Assembly: GCF_001194135.2 (NCBI RefSeq) | Contig: NC_068992.1 | Coordinates: forward strand, 60,922,289-60,986,288 | DNA: 64,000 nucleotides | Direction of reading: 5' to 3' | DNA from: Octopus bimaculoides | Taxonomy: Eukaryota | Part shown: in pieces, positions 38,641 through 49,224 of the stretch | Numbering within the stretch: the first letter of the stretch is position 1 | Layout of the letters: each line of letters begins with the position of its first letter | Notes under the pieces: generated by a model | What the model saw: the letters and a program-made list of their open reading frames with translations, nothing else | Database searches by the model: none | Told to the model about the DNA's origin: nothing | Program-made: the position numbers and the translations under genes

Positions 38641-39766
38641 CGTTATATAGTCCTTCACTAGTTATAGAAATAGGGGTATGTTAATGTCCATGAGAGTGGT
38701 GTTGGGAATGAAGGGGTGTTCGATACCATAGTAGAGAAATACCGTCTCCCCACCACAAGGCTACCACCATTTATCTGGATCACAAGAGCGTATATTCCGG
38801 GTGTATATTCCGCTGCACACCCATCGAAAATGGCAAGTTCATAATAAATATTAACCTTGCTCATTAATTTAATCACAAATCTTAATGGAAAACTTTTGTT
38901 ATACCCAACCTGCTTGAAATTTGGTGGCATTGGATGTGGTAGCGCACCCAGTATCACAACTACCATACGCCACTGCGGACCAGTCCTGACACAAATCGAG
39001 TGGCCTTGTACTAGTGGCAGAAATCGTTATTAAATTAAATATCCGACATAACCACTTTCATTATTACAGCAATTCTGAAACACCTTATAAATGTGAGGTT
39101 TAAAAAGATATTAGTAATGTCTAGAAAAATGTAAGAAATAAAATGCATTGAATTATTTTTATGAGAAGACCTTATAACATCATCATATACAAAACTTTCA
39201 GGCTTGTATTGCTTTCATAAGAAAAAGGAAAACAAATTCTAAGAAACGGAAATTACCAGTAATTTTGCTTCGCTAAAATGTTTCTAAAAACCTATATATA
39301 TTTTACATTAAGAATGTTTGAAGTTTGAATGGTATACATTTGATAAATAGAAAAATACTAGAATAAAAATAATTTGAATAAAAGCATAATATTCTTTCTT
39401 AAGTTTTCAAAGAAACAGATAGACATATAAATAAGCATAGAATTAGTTTTGAAATTTTTAGTCTTTTACATTTCATGCGATAAAAGAAAGAGAGAGAAAA
39501 ATTAACAACTTGCTATGTTTAAATAAAGAAATAGAACGTTACTCTCTTTGTATTTTGGAAGATCGTTAAACTGATAAAGAAAATTATATTTTATTATATT
39601 TTTTGCCTGTTTTTGGATTTGTTGCTCTCTTTTCTTATTATTTTATTTCATTATATTTTGTTTATTTATCTTATTTATTTGCAGTGTTGGATAACGATCG
39701 AGACAGCAAGCCACATTTTTGTAAGGTGTGAAGAAAATGAAACTGAAACCAAATCAATGTGTATGT

Positions 39767-39816
<50 letters not shown>

Positions 39817-40550
39817 ACATACACATACACACACACACATATAGACATGTGTGTGTGTGTGAGAGAATGAAGAAGTTACATAGCAACGTGGACAAGTGTG
39901 AGCATTATTATGAATCCGTTACATATTTTTTGTTGTTGTTGCTGTTTATGTGTTTGTTATTATTTTTATTGTTTTTGTCTTGTTTCGTTTTTTGCCTTCT
40001 TGTGTCCTTTGTAATCCGAAGAACAACTACAAGAAAGTCTTGTGACAAATAAGGTAACATACCGCACACATAAAAAAGGAAGAAAGGTATTCCATGGTTC
40101 ACTATGAATGCATCATCATCATCATCATCATCACCAACAGCAATGCCAACAACATTACTAATACAATGATAATATACTCAGTCCCCCTTTCACTACCTTT
40201 TCCCAAAAGCAGAAAAAGACGGGCCTGTTATGGAAATAGTGAGAGCTAAGATCTAAAAATTCAGTATTGATAATCGGAAACGGGTAACTGTGAACATAAC
40301 GGCTATTTGTATTTGTTGACTTTTAGTTCGTGAGTGGCTCAGATATTTGAGAAAGGGGCTTGGAAAGGAAAGCGCACACACACTCAATCTCCCCCTCTTA
40401 CTTGCTCGCTCGCTGTTTCCTCTTCTGTAAATCTAATCGTTTCGGGCAAACAACAACGTCAGCCAGTAACGGAGAGCGAAGAGGGGTGACTCAAAAAAAA
40501 AAAAAAAGGCGGAGGTTTGTTCTGCTAACATACAAGCAACTATGACCCCA

Positions 40551-40557
40551 TATAAAA
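40551..40557 (+). promoter_or_regulatory. TATA box of the chitin-binding protein gene; TSS inferred ~40574-40584
   Basis: TATAAAA lies 81 nt upstream of the exon-1 ATG. A GGCGG motif sits at ~40508 and CA dinucleotides lie 23-33 nt downstream of the TATA. Confidence 0.6.
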
Positions 40558-40631
40558 GTAAGGGTGTCCATTCAGCTGACAACAGATGTACGTTGTCTCT
40601 CTCTCGGACCAACAACAAGCTTTTCTCAACG

Positions 40632-40674
40632 ATGCATTCAAATGTTTTGCATCAACTTTTTGTGCTGACTACCG
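40632..40674 (+). CDS. Coding exon 1 (signal peptide) of secreted CBM14/peritrophin-A chitin-binding protein
   Basis: ATG CAT TCA AAT GTT TTG CAT CAA CTT TTT GTG CTG ACT ACC G|GTAAGT has a perfect donor in phase 1. It joins exon 2 in frame to give MHSNVLHQLFVLTTGFLHVAA-FVC, a signal-peptide-like N-terminus. It is absent from the ORF track because it is short. Confidence 0.75.
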
Positions 40675-41085
40675 GTAAGTTTACATGCCTTTAATTAGCA
40701 ATCTTTACTCCAACAATTACAGCAACAACAACAGGTTTTGCTTATTTTACATTCAAGTGGAGTTGCGCCTGTTTTTCCCCACCTTTTTTTTTTTTGTTCT
40801 TTTTAACCTTAAATTCATTCCATTTTCGTCTCTGAGATTAGTTATCATGATTCATTTGCGGATTATTCCAGCATCAAATCTAGAAATTAAGCCATTCATC
40901 GAAGAATATATTTTCCTATTAGAGACTCTGCCTGAAGTTTTCTGTATTCCGTTTCCTCAAAAGTTTGGTCGCAAATAGCAATGGCTGTGTGATTGGTCAA
41001 GAAGTTCGTTTTGCAGCCACGATATTTTCGGTTCAATCCCATTGCATGGCAATATGAGAAAGTGCTGTTATTATTATTATTATTA

Positions 41086-41120
<35 letters not shown>

Positions 41121-42129
41121 GTTATTATTATTATTTTGTTCTACTAAGTGTTTTTCTACGACCAAATACTTGGTCGACAGAAACTGAGAAAGTTCGTCGA
41201 AGGGGAACGGTATTGTGCTGGAGTGTAGGCTTTTAGCGGAGTCCATTTTAATACAAGTATTTGAGCTAGGTCTCTCGTCTAAAATAAACTCTTTCATTCC
41301 TACTGTCAATCTTAGAGGCCTTGAAGGGAGCTCATAAGTGCTGCACTCCATCCTTTGACTAAATGAATGAAAATATAAAGCTAACAGACGTACATTATTA
41401 TTTTTCCCAACGAAGTTTGGTTTAAGTATTCACGGTTCCTGATTCTTGTATGCCGTCTTGTATGTATGTCTTGTACCAATGCCTCGTAAGTAAATTTGCT
41501 ATACAGAAACTATCTGCCAAATTCGCTTACAAGGAGTGTATATAGAATGTATTACACCAATATGTGTTTCCGTCCTTTTTTTTTTTAAACAGCTCGGTGA
41601 AAATTACTCAAGCAAATCTCAAGTCAACTACATTGAGATCTAGCTGTTATTTCTGATAGATCAAGCAACCGAGTCAGTTTCCCCGCGTTGCCTTGGTTGT
41701 CATTGCAGCTACTGCTATGTTTTAGTCTCAGGTCAGCCCTGTTGAAACAAAGACTAAAGGTGATTCAGTCCAAAAGTTTTATCTAGTGTTTCTAAAACAC
41801 CATTTCATGTGTCCTTCCTGTTTTAAGACGGTAGAATATGTTTTGGGGTTGACTTGGCTGCAATTTCTATCAGGCTAAGCAACTCCGTAGAGGCACTCTG
41901 TTGACGTTGATATTTAGACCCAGGCCAGCTCTACTGTTTTTAGCGGATCGGGCAACCGAGTAAAGGCTTCGTGTTACTAATACTGTTTCTGGTGCATTGA
42001 TGATTCCCTTGCTGTATTACCATAAATCTGAGATTCTTCAAGAATCTCAGATTTAACCGTTTCACATACTTAGAAAATAGACAAATAACAAAGGGAGTTT
42101 ATCATCAAACGATATTAACGTCTTCAATG

Positions 42130-42318
42130 AGGCAGCGAGCTGGCAGAATCGTTAGCACGCCGGACGAAATGCTTAGCGGGATTTCGTCCGTCTTTACGTT
42201 CTGAGTTCAAATTCCATCGAAGCTGACTTAGCCTTCCAGGGTTGATAAAATAAGTACCAGTTGTTCAGTGGAGTCGATGCCTCAGAATTGCTGGCCTTGT
42301 GCCAAAATTTGAAACCAA
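42130..42318 (+). mobile_element. Family C SINE (intron 1)
   Basis: GGCAGCGAGCTGGCAGAATCGTTAGCACGCCGGACGAAATGCTTAGCGG..GGCCTTGTGCCAAAATTTGAAACC. Confidence 0.85.
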
Positions 42319-42393
42319 TGTTATCAATCGCAAGTCTTTTTCTTTTATTTTTATGAACAGCGAAGTTTCTGCACTAAAATATATAAAACTGTT

Positions 42394-42905
42394 GGCAAGG
42401 CTGCGGGGCTAAGGGTCTCGCTTTGTGGCCATGTAATTTTAGGTTCAGTCCCACTGCGCGGTCCCTTGGTCAAGTGCCTTCTGATATAGCCCTGGGCCTT
42501 CTGAGAGAATGTTGTAGACGGATACTGCATCGAATCCCGTCGTGTATATACACGCACACACACACATATACATACATACACACACATACGTACGCACATA
42601 CATACATACATACACACATACATACATACATACATACATACATACATACATACATACATACATACATACATACATACATACATACGTGTGCGTATGCATA
42701 TATGTATGTGTGTGTGTTTTATGTTTAAGTTCGTCTCCACACTCACACACCGCTTGACAACCACTGTTGGTTTACCCTCTCCTTAACTTAGCAGTTCGGC
42801 AAAAAAGGTCGACAGAATAAGTACTAAGGTCGATTTTTTTCAACAACGCCATGAAGGATGTGCTCCAGCATGGTCACAGTGAAATGACTAAAACAAGAAT
42901 AAAAT
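42394..42905 (+). mobile_element. Composite family A/B SINE with long (CATA)n linker (intron 1)
   Basis: Head 42394-42545, microsatellite, and tail 42750-42905. Confidence 0.8.
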
Positions 42906-43743
42906 TTCCGATGAAACATTTTTGTCAATTATTTAAGAAAACGCACGGATGGACCTACGAGACAACCCCTAGAAATAGTAGCTAAATTTCTCTCAAATCA
43001 AAGAGTAGTCTCTCTGCATTAGAAGTTATAATATTTCATGATGAGACATCTTGGCCAATAATTTAAACACACACACGGCGGTGCATCAGCATGGCCGCAG
43101 CTCTAAGCTGAAACTATAAACAACAAAACATACATAAATCAACAAGAAAGCCCCTATATGGACTATGTTCATACTAGAAATAGCAGCTAATCTCTTGAAT
43201 CAAACAGCAGCCTCCTTATTCCAAAACATATATTTTTATATTTTCCGATGTAATATCTCGACCAACAGTTTAAACACATGCACGGGTAAACCCTGTGAAT
43301 GTACTTCTTTTGTGGTCATATGATTCGCTAGAATCATACCCTACCGTCTTTATAACAGGGTACTTTAGATAATGTGGACCTGAAATCCATGCACATAAGA
43401 AAAACGACGGGATAGCCACGGCTGGAAAGCTTTTGCTCATAGGCTTCTAAGATCAATATTGCTCCGGGGTTAAACAACAAGCAAGTACATATTTCATAAT
43501 AAATGTGTTATTCTCTATATACTGCTAAAAAGATGGCATGCTCACGACTGGAATACGTCAGGTAATGAGTTTCCGTGATCGGAACTATCCTGGAAGTAAG
43601 CAATAATCATACCAGACAAGGAAAAATATTGGCAAACATGATTTTTTTTTCCTATACATGACAATAATTGCTTCTACTCTCTTGCCAAACGAAGACACAT
43701 CAAATACCATTTTAGTAGTTTATAAATTATAGATTATATATGC

Positions 43744-43775
<32 letters not shown>

Positions 43776-44626
43776 TGTGTATTTCTTCTATCTTAATGAA
43801 TAAAAATTCTTCTGATAGAATAAATGGGTTAATAGAAACCAATGTAGCAAAGAACACAAAATAACTGTGGTTTAGTTCCTGTTTTTAAGGCAGGAACTCC
43901 TTGAAATTTTGGGTATTTGAGTATATTTAAGAATTTAAGGAATGGAGAAAACGCATGTTATAATTGCCTATGGATAACACAGNNNNNNNNNNNNNNNNNN
44001 NNNNNNNNNNNNNNNNNNNNNNNNNNNNNNNNNNNNNNNNNNNNNNNNNNNNNNNNNNNNNNNNNNNNNNNNNNNNNNNNNNNNNNNNNNNNNNNNNNNN
44101 NNNNNNNNNNNNNNNNNNNNNNNNNNNNNNNNNNNNNNNNNNNNNNNTATATATATATATATATGTATGTATAAAATGAAAACATATACTATAAACACAC
44201 ACACATACATTCACACACACACGCACACACGCGCACACACAGACATACAAATATACATAAAAATAATACACTTTTATATGTGTATATAAGTGTGTATGTT
44301 ATGTATATTAACATGTTATTTCAATGAAGCAAGAAGCACAGTTTTCTGTTTTTATGTAAAGAAAACACTCAGAACTTTCCTGTTCAATCTAAACTGAATA
44401 GCAAAATCTTAACTTCAATTTTAATTTAATTTCATAAAATTGTAATTTTTGCACTCTGTTTTGAAAGCTTGTACGTGCATGTCATTCTAATTCAATGCAT
44501 CTAACGCTTTATATTTTTCGTATCGATATCTACCACCTACATGCCGATTTCCGTTTTTGTAAAAAGCCACACGTGAATTTTCTTGCTAAATATTGATCTT
44601 AACTGTAACAATATCTTCTTAAGAAA

Positions 44627-44815
44627 AGGCCGCGAGCTGGCAGAACTGTTAGCACGCAGGGCGAAATGCTTAGCGGTATTTCGTCTGTCTTTATGTTCGG
44701 AGTTCAAATTCCGTCCACTTTGACTTTCGGGGTCGATAAATTAAGCACCAGTTGCATACTGGGATCGATCTAATCGACTTTCCTTCTCCCCCAAAATTTC
44801 AGGCCTTGTACCAAG
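44627..44815 (+). mobile_element. Family C SINE (intron 1)
   Basis: GGCCGCGAGCTGGCAGAACTGTTAGCACGCAGGGCGAAATGCTTAGCGG. Confidence 0.85.
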
Positions 44816-45091
44816 AATATTTTCTTAAGATTTTTGGATGTCTTTTGAAACATCCAGGATTCACCGTCTTTGGCATTACTTTTTGTATTCTTGACAATCA
44901 AGTTTATGCTGTTGTTTTTGTTGTTTAATATGAGAGTATGTAATTGTATAGTGAATATGGAGAATTGCAGCATATTTTAACAGAAATAGGGGTACTTTAT
45001 AAAAACTAGCATGAAAAAATAATTTCATTTGAAATGTATTTGTATTACAAGGAGAGAAAAAATACATTTAGATAGCTTATAATGAGTTGGT

Positions 45092-45292
45092 TTCAAATTC
45101 TGGCACAAGGCCAGCAATTTCAGGAGAGGTTTAAATCGATTACATTGACCTCAGTGTTCAACTGGCACTTATTTTATCGACCCCGGTGCTAAAAGTTGAC
45201 CTCGGCAGAATTTGAACTCAGAATATAAAGACGGACGAAATGCCGCTAAACATTTTGTCCGGCGTGCTAACGGTTCTGTTAGTTCGCTGCCT
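45092..45292 (-). mobile_element. Family C SINE (intron 1), inverted relative to 44627-44815
   Basis: Reverse complement of the family C consensus. Confidence 0.85.
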
Positions 45293-45419
45293 TATAACTA
45301 ACTTATAATTAAATAGAAAACAACATTTACAAATTTAATTTGTGATGTATAAGAGTCGGCAATATTTTCATTTTAAAAATATGTGGGTTACGAGAGGAAA
45401 AACATCTAATTTTATCATT

Positions 45420-45810
45420 TATCTTTTATTTGTTTCACTTATTGGACTACGGCCATGCTGGAACACCGCCTTGAAGTGTTTTAGCCGAGCAAATCAGCTC
45501 ATCACATATTTTTTATTCAAATCTAATACTTATTTGATCTGTTGTTTTTGCCGAACCGTTATGTTACGGGGACGTAAACTCTGTAACACCGGGTGTCAGG
45601 ATGTGTGGAGACAGACACAAACACAGAGATACACAGAAACACACACTTATACACACATATAGGACGGGCTTCTTTCAGTTTCCGTTTACTAAATAGACTC
45701 ACAATGTTTTGATCGGTCTAGAGCCATAGTACAAAACTTTTGTTGAAGACGCCATGCAGTGAGATTGAAACCAAAGCCATGTGGTTGAGAAGCGAATATT
45801 TTAAGAGCCA
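45420..45810 (-). mobile_element. Composite family A/B SINE (intron 1)
   Basis: Reverse complements of the tail (GGACTACGGCCATGCTGGAACACCGCC) and head (GGGCTTCTTTCAGTTTCCG..CCATGTGGTTG). Confidence 0.8.
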
Positions 45811-46012
45811 TCAGAAATTATGATTTTCTTGTTTTGTACTTCTGCGCTGTTGACATTTTAGCAAACAATATTTCGTTATCGTTTCGGTATTTCGAAAAGA
45901 AAACATGGCTAGATAGATAGATAGATAGATTGATAGATAGATAGATAGATAGATTCCTATATATATAAATACATATATAATATATATATAATTATATATG
46001 CATTTATGTGTG

Positions 46013-46072
<60 letters not shown>

Positions 46073-46164
46073 GACAGACAGAGACAGACAGACAGACAGA
46101 GAGAGACAGAGAGAGACAGAGAGGACAGAGAGACAGAGAGAGACAAGTGTTCTCTACTATAGCT

Positions 46165-46640
46165 CTAAGTTGACCAAAACCTTACGAGTAGATTTGGCAG
46201 AAGGAAACTGAAAGAAGCCCGTCGTATATCAGTGTGGGGGTGGATGGGTGGTTATGTGGGTGGGCGCGTGTGTGTGTGCCTTTGTGTTTTCCTCCACCAC
46301 TGCTTGACATTCGTAACATGTTTGTTTGCGCTCCGGTAACTTAGCGATTTGGCAAAAATAGACTAATGGAATAAGTACTAAGCGCTAAAAAAAATGTCGA
46401 TAGGCTCGACTCGACCCCCTCAAGACGGTGCTCCAGCATGGCTGTAGTCCAAGTAAGTTATAAAAAGTAATGCAATAATCCCTTCTAATTTTGACTCAAG
46501 GCCAGCAAATTTAAGGGTGAGAAGGATGCATGTATGCTCTACTGGTACTTGTTTTATTGACTCCCGAAAGGTTAAAAGGCAAGGTTGACCTCGGCGATAT
46601 TTGAATTCGGAACGTAAAGAGCTGGGAAAAATGCAAATAA
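46165..46640. mobile_element. Family A/B SINE (+, 46165-46455) followed by a family C copy (-, 46490-46640)
   Basis: GGAAACTGAAAGAAGCCCGTCGTATAT, GGTGCTCCAGCATGGC and GTTGACCTCGGCGATATTTGAA. Confidence 0.7.
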
Positions 46641-46814
46641 GCAACTTAACCGATGCAATAACGATTGACCTATCTCGCCTCCATTATACTGATGATAATT
46701 ATCCTTTTTACTATAAGCACCAGCAGCAAATGTCATCGTTTCTGCAGATCAAGAGCAGGTATTGTAGCCCAGATGCGAGTCTGCCAGGGGTGACTATTGA
46801 ACAAGAACTTACGG

Positions 46815-47028
46815 CCAAAATTCTGACAAAATTGACCGAAATAGAAAACCATGGTCAAGAATACGATCTCTTAGAGAAATAAGTGACTAAAACTTCTACG
46901 AATTTACGTGGGGTTAATGATATCTTTTTAAATATGAAGGGTGTGATAAATGATGAATCAATGAATCAACAGATTCTTTATACGAAAGTCATCTCGATAA
47001 ACAGGATTGATTTTTAGACTACAATTCT
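46815..47028 (+). pseudogene. Decayed duplicate of part of exon 3 (source ~49781-50024) located in intron 1
   Basis: 38 nt are identical (46825-46862 vs 49796-49833). Similarity continues to ~47028 with a ~25-30 nt deletion and an in-frame TAA at 46880-46882. Confidence 0.85.
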
Positions 47029-47059
47029 GACTACAGCCGAAAGATACTATAAACACAAG

Positions 47060-47858
47060 AGTTGAGATTTTGTGGGAGGGAGCTAGTCGATTACATCGAT
47101 CCCAGTTCTTGACTGGTATTTACTTTATCGACCCCGTAAAGATAAAGGTCAAAGTCGACCTCGGTGGGATTTGAAATCAGACCATATTTTATCTGACGTA
47201 CCAACATTCTGCCAGTTCGCCGCCTCAGTTATATATATTTTTTCTTTCTGCTATAGGTACAAAGCCTGAAATTTGGGGAAAGGGAGCTAGTTGATTAACC
47301 CCAGTGCTATTTTACCGCCTCCGAAATGAGGAAAGTCAAAGTCAAGCTAGGCGGAACTTGAACCCAGAACATAAAGCCGAAAGAAATACCACTAAGCATT
47401 TTGTCTGGTGTGCTAACGATTCTGCCAGCTCAACGCTTTAAATGGCTTCAAATATTCGCTCAAAGCCTGCAGATTAAGTTAGAAGGGTTAAGTCGATTAC
47501 ATCGGTTTCAGTGCTCCAAAAGAATGAACGGCAAATTCGGCCTCGGTGGAATTTGAACTCTGAACATAAAACCAGAAGAAATGTCACTAAGATGTTTGTC
47601 CAAAATACTGATTACTCAGCCAACTCTAATACACTACGTGGTCGTAAGGCAGCGAGCTGGCAGAAACGTTAGCACGCCGGGCGAAATGCTTAGCAGTATT
47701 TCATCTGCCGCTACGTTCTGAGTTCAAATTCCGCCGAGGTCGACTTTGCCTTTCATCTTTTCTGGGTCGATATTAAGTACCAGGTGCGTACTGGGGTGGA
47801 TCTAATCGACTGACCACCCTCCCCCAAAATATCGGGTCTTGTGCCTAGAGTAGAAAAG
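47060..47858. mobile_element. Cluster of four family C SINEs (three - strand, one well-conserved + strand copy at 47646-47858)
   Basis: Repeated GTCGACCTCGG..TTTGAA and CTGCCAGCTC motifs. The + copy starts GGCAGCGAGCTGGCAGAAACGTTAGCACGCCGGGCG. Confidence 0.8.
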
Positions 47859-48243
47859 AACGGGGTGAATAGTTTCGACTAGACTTGTGCTAAAATTAGA
47901 AAGAATTATATACATGGAAACAGACAAAAAGGACAGGTTGTTAACGGCTGAAAATCTTTTGATTATAAGCGTGTTCAACCAGATCAGACCTGTGGCGAGA
48001 CAACAACGGTATTTAGTATTTATTCTATCACTACCAAACGAATGAAAGGCAAAATCAGTTGCGTTAATATTTGAACTCGGAACCTAGGAACACTAAATTG
48101 AATATGCAAAGGAATTTGATTTAACATTCTAAATTATTAAACTAGGCAAAAAGGCGTTACTCTCTTTTTTTTTCCTAGTTTAATAAAATGTTATGAAATT
48201 AAATTGTGTTATTACTAACAAAACATTTGTTTTCTCTTTTCAG

Positions 48244-48684
48244 GATTTCTACATGTTGCTGCTTTCGTTTGTCCCCCACGTGTGGTTAACTCCCTTATTC
48301 CAGACCCTGACAACTGTAAAAGATATTTTCACTGTCTTTCGGGCGGCAGATATTATTCAAAGTCCTGTCCACCTGGACTCCGGTTTGATCCTCGCCATAA
48401 GATATGTAACTGGCCTGCCTTGGTTCCTTGCCAAAATTCTAAAGTCGACAGTGAATATCTACAATTTGAAGACAGTAGAAATATTTTAGACCCCTTTGAT
48501 ATAAGACCTTATAAATCCAACAACTTTCAAGATGAAAATGAAGAACTGCTACCATTTAATAGTAATGATGTTCTTCAAGGCACGAACGGCGTTTCCAAAA
48601 ATGATCATCAGTTGGAAGCTGAATTTTCCGGAGATGTTGACACAGATACATTTTCTTCGTTGAAAGGAAATCAACATGATGAAG
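48244..48684 (+). CDS. Coding exon 2: chitin-binding domain 1 (CBM14) plus acidic linker
   Basis: Acceptor ttttctcttttcag|GA and donor GAAG|gttatt, phase 1 at both ends. Encodes CPPRVVNSLIPDPDNCKRYFHCLSGGRYYSKSCPPGLRFDPRHKICNWPALVPC, with six Cys spaced 14-5-10-12-7 and aromatic residues typical of peritrophin-A domains. Confidence 0.88.
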
Positions 48685-49224
48685 GTTATTATCGTTTGTT
48701 TCTCTTTCCTTTTAATGATTCAATAATCTATAATTTGGTAATTAATTTATTGAGTTTTGCACAAATGTCAGTAATTAAATAGCAGAGGCTGCGCCTTTCA
48801 CCTACTGAAGAAGTCTCGTCCGCTTAAACCCTACCACTGGATGTCTTTAGCAGAATTTACCCTGTGGCAAACATTCGGGCCAGTTCTCTAATTTCAGGCT
48901 GGCATTTTCTTTACCACCACCGCCACCATTCCGGGAAGCTCTGCAAAAGCTTCTTCGTACGACTAAGTCATTAAAAAAACTAACCAATTAAAAAAGACTG
49001 TGCTAATAGGAGAAATCAATTCTATTGTAGATCGATAAAGCTTAACACATGTAACATAATTTTCTCACAAGAATTGGTTAAATAGCTGTTCGTTAAAAGC
49101 ATAATCAACGTAAACAACTTAAAATCGAGTAAAAATAATCATTTATAGATAAAAAATATCTTCATATAAATTACTTCATTTTTTAATACGTTGTTATTGT
49201 TTTGTTTTGTTTTTTTAATTCTAG

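Noticed and set aside
48685-48782. C-terminal extension of ORF 48282-48782 (YYRLFLFPF...)
   Set aside because: It lies after the G|GTTATT donor, is AT-rich and intronic, and the phase matches splicing to 49225.
49191-49224. TTG start and hydrophobic leader MLLFCFVFLIL of the 1835 aa ORF
   Set aside because: This is the intron-2 polypyrimidine tract and acceptor read in frame. The real N-terminus comes from exons 1-2.
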